A stretch of DNA of 64,000 nt. Source: Candidatus Bathyarchaeota archaeon. Lineage in GTDB: Archaea > Thermoproteota > Bathyarchaeia > Bathyarchaeales > DTEX01. The stretch spans positions 11,325-75,324 of the forward strand of contig JAGTQE010000005.1 of assembly GCA_018396635.1 (NCBI GenBank), given 5' to 3'. The translations under genes were made by a program, and so were the position numbers. The notes below the pieces were generated by a model. The model searched no databases. It worked only from the letters and a program-made list of their open reading frames with translations, and was not told the origin of the DNA. Shown piece after piece: positions 55,346 through 64,000 of this stretch (positions within the stretch are counted from its first letter, which is position 1; each line of letters begins with the position of its first letter).

Positions 55346-56894
55346 ATGGGGAATTGTTTTATTTAAGCCGGGAAGCTATTTACCAAAGAAGGTTAAAATT
55401 CTAGACACGACTTTACGCGATGGTGAACAGACTCCTGAAGTATCATTAACGCCCGATAAAAAGGTTTTAATCGCTAAGAAGCTCGATGAGATCGGAGTGG
55501 ATATTATAGAGGCTGGCTTTGCAGCAGCATCTGAGGGTGAAGCTGAGGCTATAAAGCTTATAGCAAAGGAAAATTTGAGGGCTGAGATATGTAGCTTCGC
55601 TAGGGGCGTTAAAAGCGATATAGATGCTGCCCTAAAATGTGACGTAGATTCAATATTCCTTGTCATACCCGCATCAGACATTCATATAAGGCATAAGCTC
55701 AGAAAGACTAGAGAAGAAGTCTTAAAAATGGTTGAAGAATGCGTTGATTACGCCAAGGATCACGGTTTAGTGGTTGAGTTTGGACCTGAGGATTCCACAA
55801 GAAGCGACATAAACTTCCTTAAGGAGACCATTAATGCTGCAGTCAAAGCTGGCGCTGAGAGAGTTACACCGCCGGATACTGTTGGCATTTTAACTCCTGA
55901 GAAATCCTACGAACTCTTCTCTAACCTGAAAAGAGCATTCCCAAACGTACCCTTCGGCGTACACTGTCATGATGACTTCGGCTTAGCTGTAGCTAACACT
56001 TTAGCCGCATTAATGGCGGGCGCTGAGGAAGCTCATGTAACAGTTAATGGGCTTGGCGAGAGGGCTGGGAACGCAGCCCTAGAGGAGGTTGCCGTTGCGC
56101 TAAAGATACACTATGGTGTAGAAACTTCCATAAAGACCGAGCTGCTTTACGATTTATCGATGCTTGTCTCAAGATTGACTGGCATAGTTATTCAACCCAA
56201 TAAAGCTATCGTCGGTGAAAACGCCTTCACCCATGAATCCGGCATACATACACACGCGATTCTATCCGAGCCAACAACATATGAAGCCATACCGCCTGAG
56301 CTTGTCGGCAGAAAGAGGCGAATAGTTGCTGGTAAACACGCGGGCTCACATGGTATAAGGGCGGCCCTAATGGAGATGGGGCTAAACCCAACCGAGGAGC
56401 AGCTTAAAGAGATATTTAAGAGGGTTAAGGAAGTTGGAGATAAGGGTAAGAGGGTTACTGACGCCGATCTTAAGGCGATAGCTGAAGCGGTTATGGGGAT
56501 ACCCTCAATCCAACCAATAAAGCTGGAGGAGCTAACCGTCGTAACGGGGAATAGTGTCACGCCAACAGCTTCTGTTAAACTTAATGTCAATGGGAGAACT
56601 ATTATTGAAGCTGCCACAGGCGTCGGCCCAGTTGACGCCGCAATAAACGCCATAAGAAAGGCTGTTTCAGCAATAGAACCAATCCGCTTAGAAGAGTATT
56701 ACGTTAAAGCTATAACTGGTGGAACGGACGCCGTGGTGGAGGTCATCGTCAGATTGCGTAAGGGAGATCAGGTAGCTACGGCGATGGGGGTTCATGAAGA
56801 CATAGTTATGGCGAGCGTTAATGCAATGATAAGCGGTATAAATGTTTTAATGGGCAGCAACAGGACAAGTGGGCTAAGAAATGCAGCGCAATAA
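55346..56894 (+). CDS. 2-isopropylmalate / (R)-citramalate synthase family enzyme; the 5' end needs a +1 shift or a non-canonical start
   Basis: The frame is open from 55311 and encodes KKVKILDTTLRDGEQTPEVSL (catalytic N-terminus), HCHDDFGLA and GLGERAGNAALEE, plus a C-terminal LeuA-dimer-like domain. There is no ATG/GTG/TTG in frame before 55497. ATG 55346 is in the adjacent frame, upstream of a T4 run. Confidence 0.75.
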
Positions 56895-57105
56895 TGGCCA
56901 AAAGATTTTTAAGTAACATCTGCAAATATTACATGCGTTTTCTTATCCCTTGGAGGGCGAAAAGTGAGGGATATACGGGTACGGAGGAATTGCTACCTCC
57001 ACAGCGAATAACCACTTTCATAGCTTGAGCGCCATAAGAAGCATTCCTTTATCATTCTATGAGAAGTATCCAATAAAAATCGAGAGAATTACGGGGTGAT
57101 TCTAG

Positions 57106-58788
57106 ATGAGTAGAATGAGTGGAGCAAAGGCCTTAATAGAGGCTTTAAAGAGGGAAAAGGTTGAGGTTATATTCGGCATACCGGGTGGCGCAATCCTTCC
57201 AGTATACGATGCTCTCTATAACTCGGATATAAAGCATATTTTAATGAGACATGAGCAGTGCGCAGCCCATGCAGCTGATGGGTATGCTAGGGCTAGTGGC
57301 AGAGTCGGCGTCTGCATGTCCACGTCCGGTCCAGGGGCAACAAATCTCGTCACTGGGATAGCAACTGCTTACATGGATTCTTCGCCTATAGTTGCCATAA
57401 CCGGTCAGGTTCCAAGGGCGTTTATAGGTAAAGACGCATTTCAGGAGACCGATATTATTGGAATAACTACGCCTATAACCAAATGCAACTTCCAGGTTAG
57501 AGAGGCTTCTGAGATACCTAAGATTGTTAAGACCGCCTTTTATATAGCGTCAACCGGTAGGAGGGGGCCTGTCCTGATAGATCTTCCTAGAGACGTTCAG
57601 ACCGAGGAGTCCGAAATGAGCTTTGATTATAAGGTGGAGCTCAGGGGCTATAAGCCAATCTATGATCCACATCCACTACAGGTTGAGAAAGCAGCTAATC
57701 TGCTAATTCAAGCCGAACGCCCAGTGATAGTTGCAGGTGGAGGAGTTATAGCTTCGGACGCCTCTCCGGAGCTGCTCGCCCTATCTGAGCTATTAATCGC
57801 GCCAGTTGCAACAACACTCATGGGTAAGGGCGCCATACCGGAAAATCATCCGCTTTCAATAGGTATGTTAGGTATGCATGGCACAGTTGCGGCCAACTAT
57901 TTGGTTCAGGAGGCGGATGTATTATTGGCTGTTGGCACGAGGTTCTCTGATAGAAGCACTGGAAACATTAAGACATTTTGCCCGAACGGAAAGATAATCC
58001 ATGTGGACATAGATGCTTCAGAGATAGGTAAAAACATTAAGCCCTATGTTCCAATAGTTGCCGATGCGAAGAGGGCGCTAAAAGCAATCTACGATCGGAT
58101 AGTTGAGAAATTCAATAGAAAGGAGCGATCAACATGGTTTAACAGGATCCAGGAGCTAAAGAGAATGCATGAAGAGCTCATAAAGTCCGATAATGAGCGA
58201 ATTAGACCGCCAGCTTTAATGGCTGAGATAAGAAATATCCTACCAAACGACGCCATCATAACGACGGAAGTTGGGCAGAACCAGATGTGGGCTGCACTAT
58301 ATTTGAAGGTTTATAAGCCAAGAAAATTCATAAGTTCAGGCGGGCTTGGAACAATGGGCTTTGGCTTCCCAGCCGCAATAGGCGCTAAGGTAGCGTGCCC
58401 AGATGTGCCTGTTGTCGATATAGCTGGCGACGGAAGCTTCCTTATGACCGAGCAGGATCTCGCATCATCAATAGCGTGGAAGATACCTATTATCGTGGTA
58501 ATTTTGAATAACTTGGTCCTTGGCATGGTTGCACAGTGGCAAAGATTATTTTACGGTAGGCGCTACTTCGCGGTGGAACTTAAAGGCATACCGGATTTTG
58601 TTAAGCTTGCTGAGGCATATGGTGCGCAGGGTTTCAGGGTTCAGTCTATAGACGAGTTTAGGAGGGCCTTCAAAGAGGCTTTAAACAGTGATGTGACAAC
58701 AGTCATAGATGTTCCAATATCGCCTGAGGAGAACGTTTTACCTATGGTCCCGCCGGGTCAAGATCTTAAAAATGTTATGTTGAGTTGA
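57106..58788 (+). CDS. ilvB: acetolactate synthase large subunit
   Basis: ThDP enzyme with GLGTMGFGFPAAIGAK and DIAGDGSFLMT motifs. The protein is 560 aa. Confidence 0.9.
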   Translation: MSRMSGAKALIEALKREKVEVIFGIPGGAILPVYDALYNSDIKHILMRHEQCAAHAADGYARASGRVGVCMSTSGPGATNLVTGIATAYMDSSPIVAITGQVPRAFIGKDAFQETDIIGITTPITKCNFQVREASEIPKIVKTAFYIASTGRRGPVLIDLPRDVQTEESEMSFDYKVELRGYKPIYDPHPLQVEKAANLLIQAERPVIVAGGGVIASDASPELLALSELLIAPVATTLMGKGAIPENHPLSIGMLGMHGTVAANYLVQEADVLLAVGTRFSDRSTGNIKTFCPNGKIIHVDIDASEIGKNIKPYVPIVADAKRALKAIYDRIVEKFNRKERSTWFNRIQELKRMHEELIKSDNERIRPPALMAEIRNILPNDAIITTEVGQNQMWAALYLKVYKPRKFISSGGLGTMGFGFPAAIGAKVACPDVPVVDIAGDGSFLMTEQDLASSIAWKIPIIVVILNNLVLGMVAQWQRLFYGRRYFAVELKGIPDFVKLAEAYGAQGFRVQSIDEFRRAFKEALNSDVTTVIDVPISPEENVLPMVPPGQDLKNVMLS

Positions 58789-58794
58789 TGGGCC

Positions 58795-59313
58795 ATGGGT
58801 GAGGAGAAGAAGACTTATATGATATCGGCGTTGGTTGAGCACAGGCCTGGGGTACTTTACAGCATCTCAAATATGTTTAGGAGGAGGGGCTTTAATATAG
58901 AGAGCATCTCCGTTGGCGAAGCTGAGCAGCCTGACTTAGCCAGAATGACTATAACAATTAAGGGCGATGAGACATTAGTTGAGCAGGTTGTTAAGCAGCT
59001 GAAGAAGCTTATATGCGTTATTAAGGTTAGCATACTCGATCCAAATAACACGGTTGCTAGAGAGCTAGCCCTTATAAAAGTGAATACGCCGGACACAAAA
59101 ATTAGGACAGATGTAATAAATTATGTTGAGATATTTAAGGGACATATTGTCGATGTATCTCATGACTCATTAACAATAGAGATAACTGGAGATACAGATA
59201 AGATAAGTGCGTTCATAGAGTTGATGAAACCCTTCGGTATAAAGGAGATCGCCAGGACCGGGATAGCCGCCCTTCCAAGGGAGATGAAGGCTATTAGAAT
59301 GGAAACAGAATAA
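58795..59313 (+). CDS. ilvN: acetolactate synthase small (regulatory, ACT) subunit
   Basis: ISALVEHRPGVLYSISNMFRRRGFNIESISVG. It follows ilvB. Confidence 0.85.
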   Translation: MGEEKKTYMISALVEHRPGVLYSISNMFRRRGFNIESISVGEAEQPDLARMTITIKGDETLVEQVVKQLKKLICVIKVSILDPNNTVARELALIKVNTPDTKIRTDVINYVEIFKGHIVDVSHDSLTIEITGDTDKISAFIELMKPFGIKEIARTGIAALPREMKAIRMETE

Positions 59314-59346
59314 GAGAGAATTAGCATGATTATTGGGTGAAGGAGA

Positions 59347-60336
59347 ATGGTTAAGATATATTTTGATAAAGATGCTGACATCGGCGTAATTAAAGATAAG
59401 ATTATCTCCGTAATCGGCTATGGAAGTCAGGGCTCGGCCCAAGCACAAAACATGCGTGACTCAGGCCTAAAAGTAATTGTTGGTGTTAGACCTGAAGGCG
59501 AGTCTTGGAGGAGAGCCAAAGAGGACGGGTTTGAAGTATATCCGGTTCCAGAAGCTGCTAGGATAGGCGACATAATTTTTATGCTTGTCCCAGACATGGT
59601 TCAGCCAGCAATATATAGGGAGAGCATAGCGCCAAATCTTTCAGAGGGAAAGGTTCTAGACTTCGCACATGGCTTCAACGTACATTTTGGGCAGATAGTT
59701 CCGCCAAAAAATATAGATGTTATAATGGTTGCCCCAAAAAGCCCTGGGCCAAGGCTACGCGAAACATATCTGAGCGGTTTTGGTGTTCCAGCCCTAATAG
59801 CCATCTATCAAGACTATTCGGGTAAGGCTAAGAGTATAGCGCTTGCAATAGCTAAGGCCCTAGGATGCACAAGGGCCGGTGTCATAGAGACAACCTTTAA
59901 AGATGAGACTGAAAGCGATCTTATAGGCGAGCAGACTGTTTTAGTCGGTGGGCTAATCGAGCTCATCAAGAAGGGGTTTGAGGTGCTTGTTGAATGCGGT
60001 TACCCACCCGAGCTCGCGTATTTTGAGGCTTGTAATGAGGCTAAACTGATAATGGATCTAATCTATCAGAAGGGGATAGTGGGGATGCTTAGGGCTGTTT
60101 CCGACACAGCTAAGTATGGCGGCCTAACAATCGGGCCTAAAGTGATAGATGAACATGTTAAGGAGAATATGCGTAGGGTTGCGAGGGATGTTCAAAGCGG
60201 AAAATTTGCTAAAGAATGGATAGCTGAGCATGAAGCGGGCGAGAAGACATTGGAGAAGTTGATGAAAGAGATCGAGGAGCATCCAATCGAGAAGGTTGGG
60301 GCCCTTATACGCAGGATGTCTGGGCTTGAAAAATGA
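59347..60336 (+). CDS. ilvC: ketol-acid reductoisomerase
   Basis: Motifs [19 protein letters not shown] and GFGVPALIA. The protein is 329 aa. Confidence 0.92.
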   Translation: MVKIYFDKDADIGVIKDKIISVIGYGSQGSAQAQNMRDSGLKVIVGVRPEGESWRRAKEDGFEVYPVPEAARIGDIIFMLVPDMVQPAIYRESIAPNLSEGKVLDFAHGFNVHFGQIVPPKNIDVIMVAPKSPGPRLRETYLSGFGVPALIAIYQDYSGKAKSIALAIAKALGCTRAGVIETTFKDETESDLIGEQTVLVGGLIELIKKGFEVLVECGYPPELAYFEACNEAKLIMDLIYQKGIVGMLRAVSDTAKYGGLTIGPKVIDEHVKENMRRVARDVQSGKFAKEWIAEHEAGEKTLEKLMKEIEEHPIEKVGALIRRMSGLEK

Positions 60337-60367
60337 TCATTTTGTGGTGACCTCTAGTTTGAGCGGC

Positions 60368-61630
60368 ATGACTATATCTGAGAAGATTCTGGCATACGCC
60401 TCTGGGGAGGAGTATGTTAAGCCTGGCGACATAGTAGAGGCTAAAGTGGATATGGCCATGATAAATGAGATAACGGGGCCTCTAGCTATACAAATGTTTA
60501 AGCGCATAGGCCTAGAGAAGGTTTGGGATAATCAACGCATAGTTCTTGTTTTAGATCACCAAGTTCCGGCAGACTCCGTTAGATCAGCTGAGTTACATAA
60601 AATCATGAGAGCATTCGCCAAAGAGCAGAATATTCCATACCTGTATGATGTTGGTAATGGTGGGATATGTCACCAAGTGATGGTTGAGAGGGGACACGTC
60701 AGGCCCGGCGAGCTAATTGTAGGCGCAGACTCACATACATGTACATATGGTGCCCTTGGAGCCTTCGCTACAGGAATAGGTTCAACTGAGATGGCTGCTG
60801 TCTTCGCAACTGGTAAAATATGGCTTAAAGTCCCATCCACCATAAAAATCAATGTATCCGGGGCATTTAGGGAGCTTGTAACTCCAAAAGATTTAATATT
60901 GCATATTATTGGCAAGGTTGGTGCTGACGGAGCCACGTATAAGGCGATTGAATTCGCGGGTCCTACGATAAGTGAGATGGATATAAGTGGGCGGCTGACG
61001 CTCTGTAACATGGCTGTTGAGATGGGGGCTAAAACTGGCATAATTGAGCCAGATGAGAAAACAATCCAGTATGTTAGGGAGCGGACAGATAAGCAGTTTA
61101 AAATTTTCAAGAGCGACCGGGATGCTGCATACGAGAAGACTTTGGAGTTCAATGTCGATGATCTTGAGCCGATGGTTGCGTGCCCGCACTCAGTCGATAA
61201 TGTTAGGCCAGTTAAGGACGTTGAGGGCGTTGAGATAGATCAGGCTTTTCTCGGCTCTTGTACAAATGGTCGGCTGGAAGATCTTGAGCTTGCAGCTAGG
61301 ATATTGAGAGGTAGACGCGTTAATAAAGGTGTAAGGATGATCGTTACGCCAGCATCCTCAGAGGTCTATCTTCAGGCGCTGAGAAGGGGATTGCTTGAGG
61401 TTTTTGTTGAGGCTGGAGCATACGTCTGTAACCCAACCTGTGGGGCATGTTTTGGAGGACATATGGGTTTGCTCGCAGCTGGTGAAGTCTGCATAAGCTC
61501 ATCAAATAGGAATTTTATTGGGAGGATGGGCAGCCCAGAGGCGAAGATATATTTGGCTTCCCCGGCAACTGTCGCAGCCTCAGCCGTAGAGGGGAAGATA
61601 ATTGACCCAAGGAGGTTTATGGGGAGGTGA
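60368..61630 (+). CDS. leuC: 3-isopropylmalate dehydratase large subunit
   Basis: Aconitase-family motifs GADSHTCTYGALGAFATGIG and NPTCGACFGGH. I chose the start at ATG 60368 (MTISEKILAYA). Confidence 0.88.
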   Translation: MTISEKILAYASGEEYVKPGDIVEAKVDMAMINEITGPLAIQMFKRIGLEKVWDNQRIVLVLDHQVPADSVRSAELHKIMRAFAKEQNIPYLYDVGNGGICHQVMVERGHVRPGELIVGADSHTCTYGALGAFATGIGSTEMAAVFATGKIWLKVPSTIKINVSGAFRELVTPKDLILHIIGKVGADGATYKAIEFAGPTISEMDISGRLTLCNMAVEMGAKTGIIEPDEKTIQYVRERTDKQFKIFKSDRDAAYEKTLEFNVDDLEPMVACPHSVDNVRPVKDVEGVEIDQAFLGSCTNGRLEDLELAARILRGRRVNKGVRMIVTPASSEVYLQALRRGLLEVFVEAGAYVCNPTCGACFGGHMGLLAAGEVCISSSNRNFIGRMGSPEAKIYLASPATVAASAVEGKIIDPRRFMGR

Positions 61631-61634
61631 CGCT

Positions 61635-62144
61635 ATGAAGATTGTTGGTAGAGCCATAAAGTATGGCGACAACATCAATACTGACATTATAATTCCAAGC
61701 AAATATTTGACAATACTAGACCCGAATGAGCTGGCTAAGCATGCAATGGAAAGCATAGATCCCGATTTTCCAAAGAAGGCTAGGGAAGGCGCAATCATCG
61801 TCGCCGGGAGAAATTTTGGGTGCGGTTCCAGCCGCGAGCAGGCGCCCATAGCACTCAAGTATGCTGGAGTAAAATGTATAGTTGCGGAGTCCTTTGCGCG
61901 CATATTCTACAGAAACTCTATAAATATAGGTTTACCGGTCCTAGAGGCCCCTGGGGTATCTAAGGATGTTGAGGAAGGTGATATGTTAACGGTCGCACTC
62001 GATGAGGGCGAAGTATTAAATGAGACGAAGGGTAAGATTATTAAGGCAAATAGGCTACCAGAATTTATTCTGGAAATCATTAGGGATGGGGGGTTAATTG
62101 AACATTTAATAAAGGTTCTTAGGGGTGGAAGGGTTGAAGTATAA
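61635..62144 (+). CDS. leuD: 3-isopropylmalate dehydratase small subunit
   Basis: GDNINTDIIIP and GRNFGCGSSREQAP motifs. The start is ATG 61635. Confidence 0.88.
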   Translation: MKIVGRAIKYGDNINTDIIIPSKYLTILDPNELAKHAMESIDPDFPKKAREGAIIVAGRNFGCGSSREQAPIALKYAGVKCIVAESFARIFYRNSINIGLPVLEAPGVSKDVEEGDMLTVALDEGEVLNETKGKIIKANRLPEFILEIIRDGGLIEHLIKVLRGGRVEV

Positions 62145-63168
62145 GGTTGCTTTAATCCCAGGCGACGGGATAGGACCGGAATTAACTGAGACAACAATGC
62201 ATGTCCTTAACGCTGTCCAGAGGAAGTTTGGCCTAAGCCTAGAGTTCATTGAGCTGGAAGCCGGAGATTCGTGCTATGAGAAGAGGGGTGTGGCGCTGCC
62301 TGAGGAGACTATAGCCGCAATACGGAGTTCGCATGCATGCTTGAAGGGGCCTGTAGGTGAGACTGCGGCAGACGTTATAGTTAAGCTTAGGATCATGTTC
62401 GACCTATACGCCAATATAAGGCCAATTAAATCCTATCCAAACGTTCCATGTCTAAGAGACGATATAGACATGGTTTTCGTGAGAGAGAACACAGAAGATC
62501 TCTATAAGGGCTTTGAATTCAAGCTTAGCGGCGACACGGCTGTGGCGCTTAGAGTTATAACTAGGAGGGGTTGTGAGCGCATAGCAAGAAAAGCGTTTGA
62601 GATAGCCATGAGGAGGAATAAGAGAAGAAGGGTGACTGCGGTGCATAAGGCGAATGTAATGCGTCTTACATGCGGCCTATTTGCGGAGGTCTGCCGCGAG
62701 GTTGCAAAGGAATATCCAAACATAACGTTTGATGAGCAGTACGTTGATGCAGCAGCCATGAGACTCATCAAGGAGCCACAGAACTTCGACGTTATTGTGA
62801 CAACGAACATGTTTGGGGATATATTATCTGATGAGGCTGCGCAGTTGATTGGTGGGTTAGGTATGGCTCCGGGAGGGAACATAGGCGATGACTTCGCGAT
62901 ATTTGAGCCGATCCATGGTTCAGCTCCGACCAGAGTTGGTAAGCATACTGCCAATCCATGTTCAATGATCCTTGCCGCTAGGATGATGCTTGAGTGGCTC
63001 GGTGAGAAGTATCATGATCAGCTATGCTCTAAGGCGGCTGAATCCATCGAGTTAGGCCTGATAGAGGCTTTAAAGAAGGGTCTATCAGTTCCAGACCTGG
63101 GCGGAAAATTGAAGACCGTTGAGATGGGTGAGGCTATAGCTAACGAGATAATGATGTTAAAAGTTTAG
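62125..63168 (+). CDS. leuB: 3-isopropylmalate dehydrogenase
   Basis: LIPGDGIGPE and NMFGDILSDEAAQLIGGLGMAPG motifs. The start is GTG 62125 or TTG 62134. Confidence 0.88.
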   Translation: MEGLKYKVALIPGDGIGPELTETTMHVLNAVQRKFGLSLEFIELEAGDSCYEKRGVALPEETIAAIRSSHACLKGPVGETAADVIVKLRIMFDLYANIRPIKSYPNVPCLRDDIDMVFVRENTEDLYKGFEFKLSGDTAVALRVITRRGCERIARKAFEIAMRRNKRRRVTAVHKANVMRLTCGLFAEVCREVAKEYPNITFDEQYVDAAAMRLIKEPQNFDVIVTTNMFGDILSDEAAQLIGGLGMAPGGNIGDDFAIFEPIHGSAPTRVGKHTANPCSMILAARMMLEWLGEKYHDQLCSKAAESIELGLIEALKKGLSVPDLGGKLKTVEMGEAIANEIMMLKV

Positions 63169-63180
63169 GTTGTGGTCTCT

Positions 63181-64000
63181 ATGGAGCCCGAGTATGTGAG
63201 GATTTTTGACACAACCCTCCGTGATGGGGAGCAGACCCCAGGCGTCTCGTTGACACCTGAGGAGAAACTAGAAATAGCATTTCAGCTCGATAAGCTGGGC
63301 GTGGATGTTATTGAAGCCGGGTTCCCGTCGGCATCTAAGGGTGAGGAGAGGGCTGTTAAGGAGATTGCGAATGCTGGATTAAGGGCGCAGGTTTGTGCTT
63401 TAGCCAGAGCGCTAACAAGTGATATAGATGCAGCTTTGAGGTGCGATGTTAAATATGTACATACCTTTATATCGACATCGGAGGTTCAGATGAAGTATGC
63501 CTTAAACATGACTCCTGAGCAAGTAATCGAGGCGGCTGTGAGCTCTGTCCAATACATTAAGGATCATGGCGCCTTCTGCGAGTTCTCGCCTATGGATGCC
63601 ACGAGAACCGATATGGAGTTTCTGAAGAGGGTTTGTAAGGCTGCTGAGGAGGCTGGCGCAGACTACATAAATATCCCTGATACGGTTGGAATCATGACTC
63701 CTAAATCTATGGAGAAGTTAATTAGGGAGCTGAAAAGCTTCTTAAAGGTTCCATTAAGCGTTCATTGTCACAACGACTTTGGTCTCGCCGTGGCGAATTC
63801 TCTTGCAGGAGTTGAGGGGGGAGCTACACAGATTCACGTGACGGTTAATGGGCTTGGCGAGAGGGCTGGGAACGCAGCCCTAGAGGAGGTTGTTTTAGCT
63901 TTACACCTACTCTATAACAAGAAGACGAAGATAAATACCAGGCTAATTTATGAGACTTCTAAAATGGTTTCGAGGTTAACTGGCGTAGTTGTCCAGCCCA
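63181..64000 (+). CDS. leuA: 2-isopropylmalate synthase (partial, runs off the right edge)
   Basis: MEPEYVRIFDTTLRDGEQTPGVSL, HCHNDFGLAVANS and GLGERAGNAALEE motifs. Confidence 0.85.
   Translation, partial: MEPEYVRIFDTTLRDGEQTPGVSLTPEEKLEIAFQLDKLGVDVIEAGFPSASKGEERAVKEIANAGLRAQVCALARALTSDIDAALRCDVKYVHTFISTSEVQMKYALNMTPEQVIEAAVSSVQYIKDHGAFCEFSPMDATRTDMEFLKRVCKAAEEAGADYINIPDTVGIMTPKSMEKLIRELKSFLKVPLSVHCHNDFGLAVANSLAGVEGGATQIHVTVNGLGERAGNAALEEVVLALHLLYNKKTKINTRLIYETSKMVSRLTGVVVQP

Noticed and set aside
56931-56963. A 10-codon mini-ORF (MRFLIPWRAKS) in the 211-bp cimA-ilvB spacer, together with a GGAGG-N8-CCTCC hairpin, was considered as a leader-peptide attenuator.
   Set aside because: Attenuation of this type is not established in archaea. 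The peptide is not enriched in Ile/Val/Leu runs, and the hairpin is only 5 bp.
1-64000. I looked for a CRISPR array, rRNA genes, transposases, integrases and prophage-like genes.
   Set aside because: I saw no regularly spaced direct repeats, no rRNA-like conserved blocks and no ORF with transposase or integrase motifs anywhere in the window.

Overview
This is a gene-dense archaeal chromosomal segment with about 55 genes on both strands. I saw no rRNA, CRISPR array or obvious mobile element. The lineage signals are fibrillarin-Nop5, Cbf5-L14e, a eukaryote-like TIP49/RuvBL ATPase, BHB-type introns in a tRNA and in an mRNA, and F420-dependent Mtd alongside many carbohydrate genes. Together these point to a TACK/Thermoproteota archaeon, possibly Bathyarchaeia; this is inference only.

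Content, left to right:
- a sugar-acid block (large glycosidase-like protein, uxaE-like gene, lactate-permease-family transporter)
- a head-to-head thrC / thrC-paralogue pair
- two ECF S-component-like membrane genes bracketing an amidohydrolase and a nucleotidyltransferase
- flpA-nop5, pyrD-pyrK and ileS
- a radical SAM gene, a GH-A/FG-GAP protein, TIP49 and an MFS transporter
- a NurA-HerA pair with a divergent wHTH gene
- pyrE, tldD-pmbA and a GT2 gene
- a second sugar block (enolase-family dehydratase, uxuA, CE4 deacetylase, DUF6807/PmoA-like protein, Gfo/Idh/MocA oxidoreductase, TIM-barrel isomerases, NAD-epimerase, GT-C-like membrane protein)
- tRNA-Ser, cbf5, rpl14e and mtd
- hom-ACT-ilvD on the minus strand and a cimA/leuA-ilvBNC-leuCDB-leuA cluster on the plus strand

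Most interesting observations:
1. The thrC paralogue has lost its Schiff-base lysine (SFKDR to SFRDR) and gained a PadR-type wHTH. It lies next to two paralogous transporter genes that share an 11-bp-arm palindromic operator at the same distance from their start codons. This could be an undescribed ligand-sensing regulator and regulon.
2. A tRNA-Ser(GGA) gene is interrupted by three introns.
3. A 38-nt BHB-like intron splits the catalytic GGTLDP motif of cbf5.
4. The first isopropylmalate/citramalate synthase gene has no usable in-frame start codon.
5. A 49-nt identical tract is shared by the two synthase paralogues.

All calls rest on hand reading of motifs. No database search was run.
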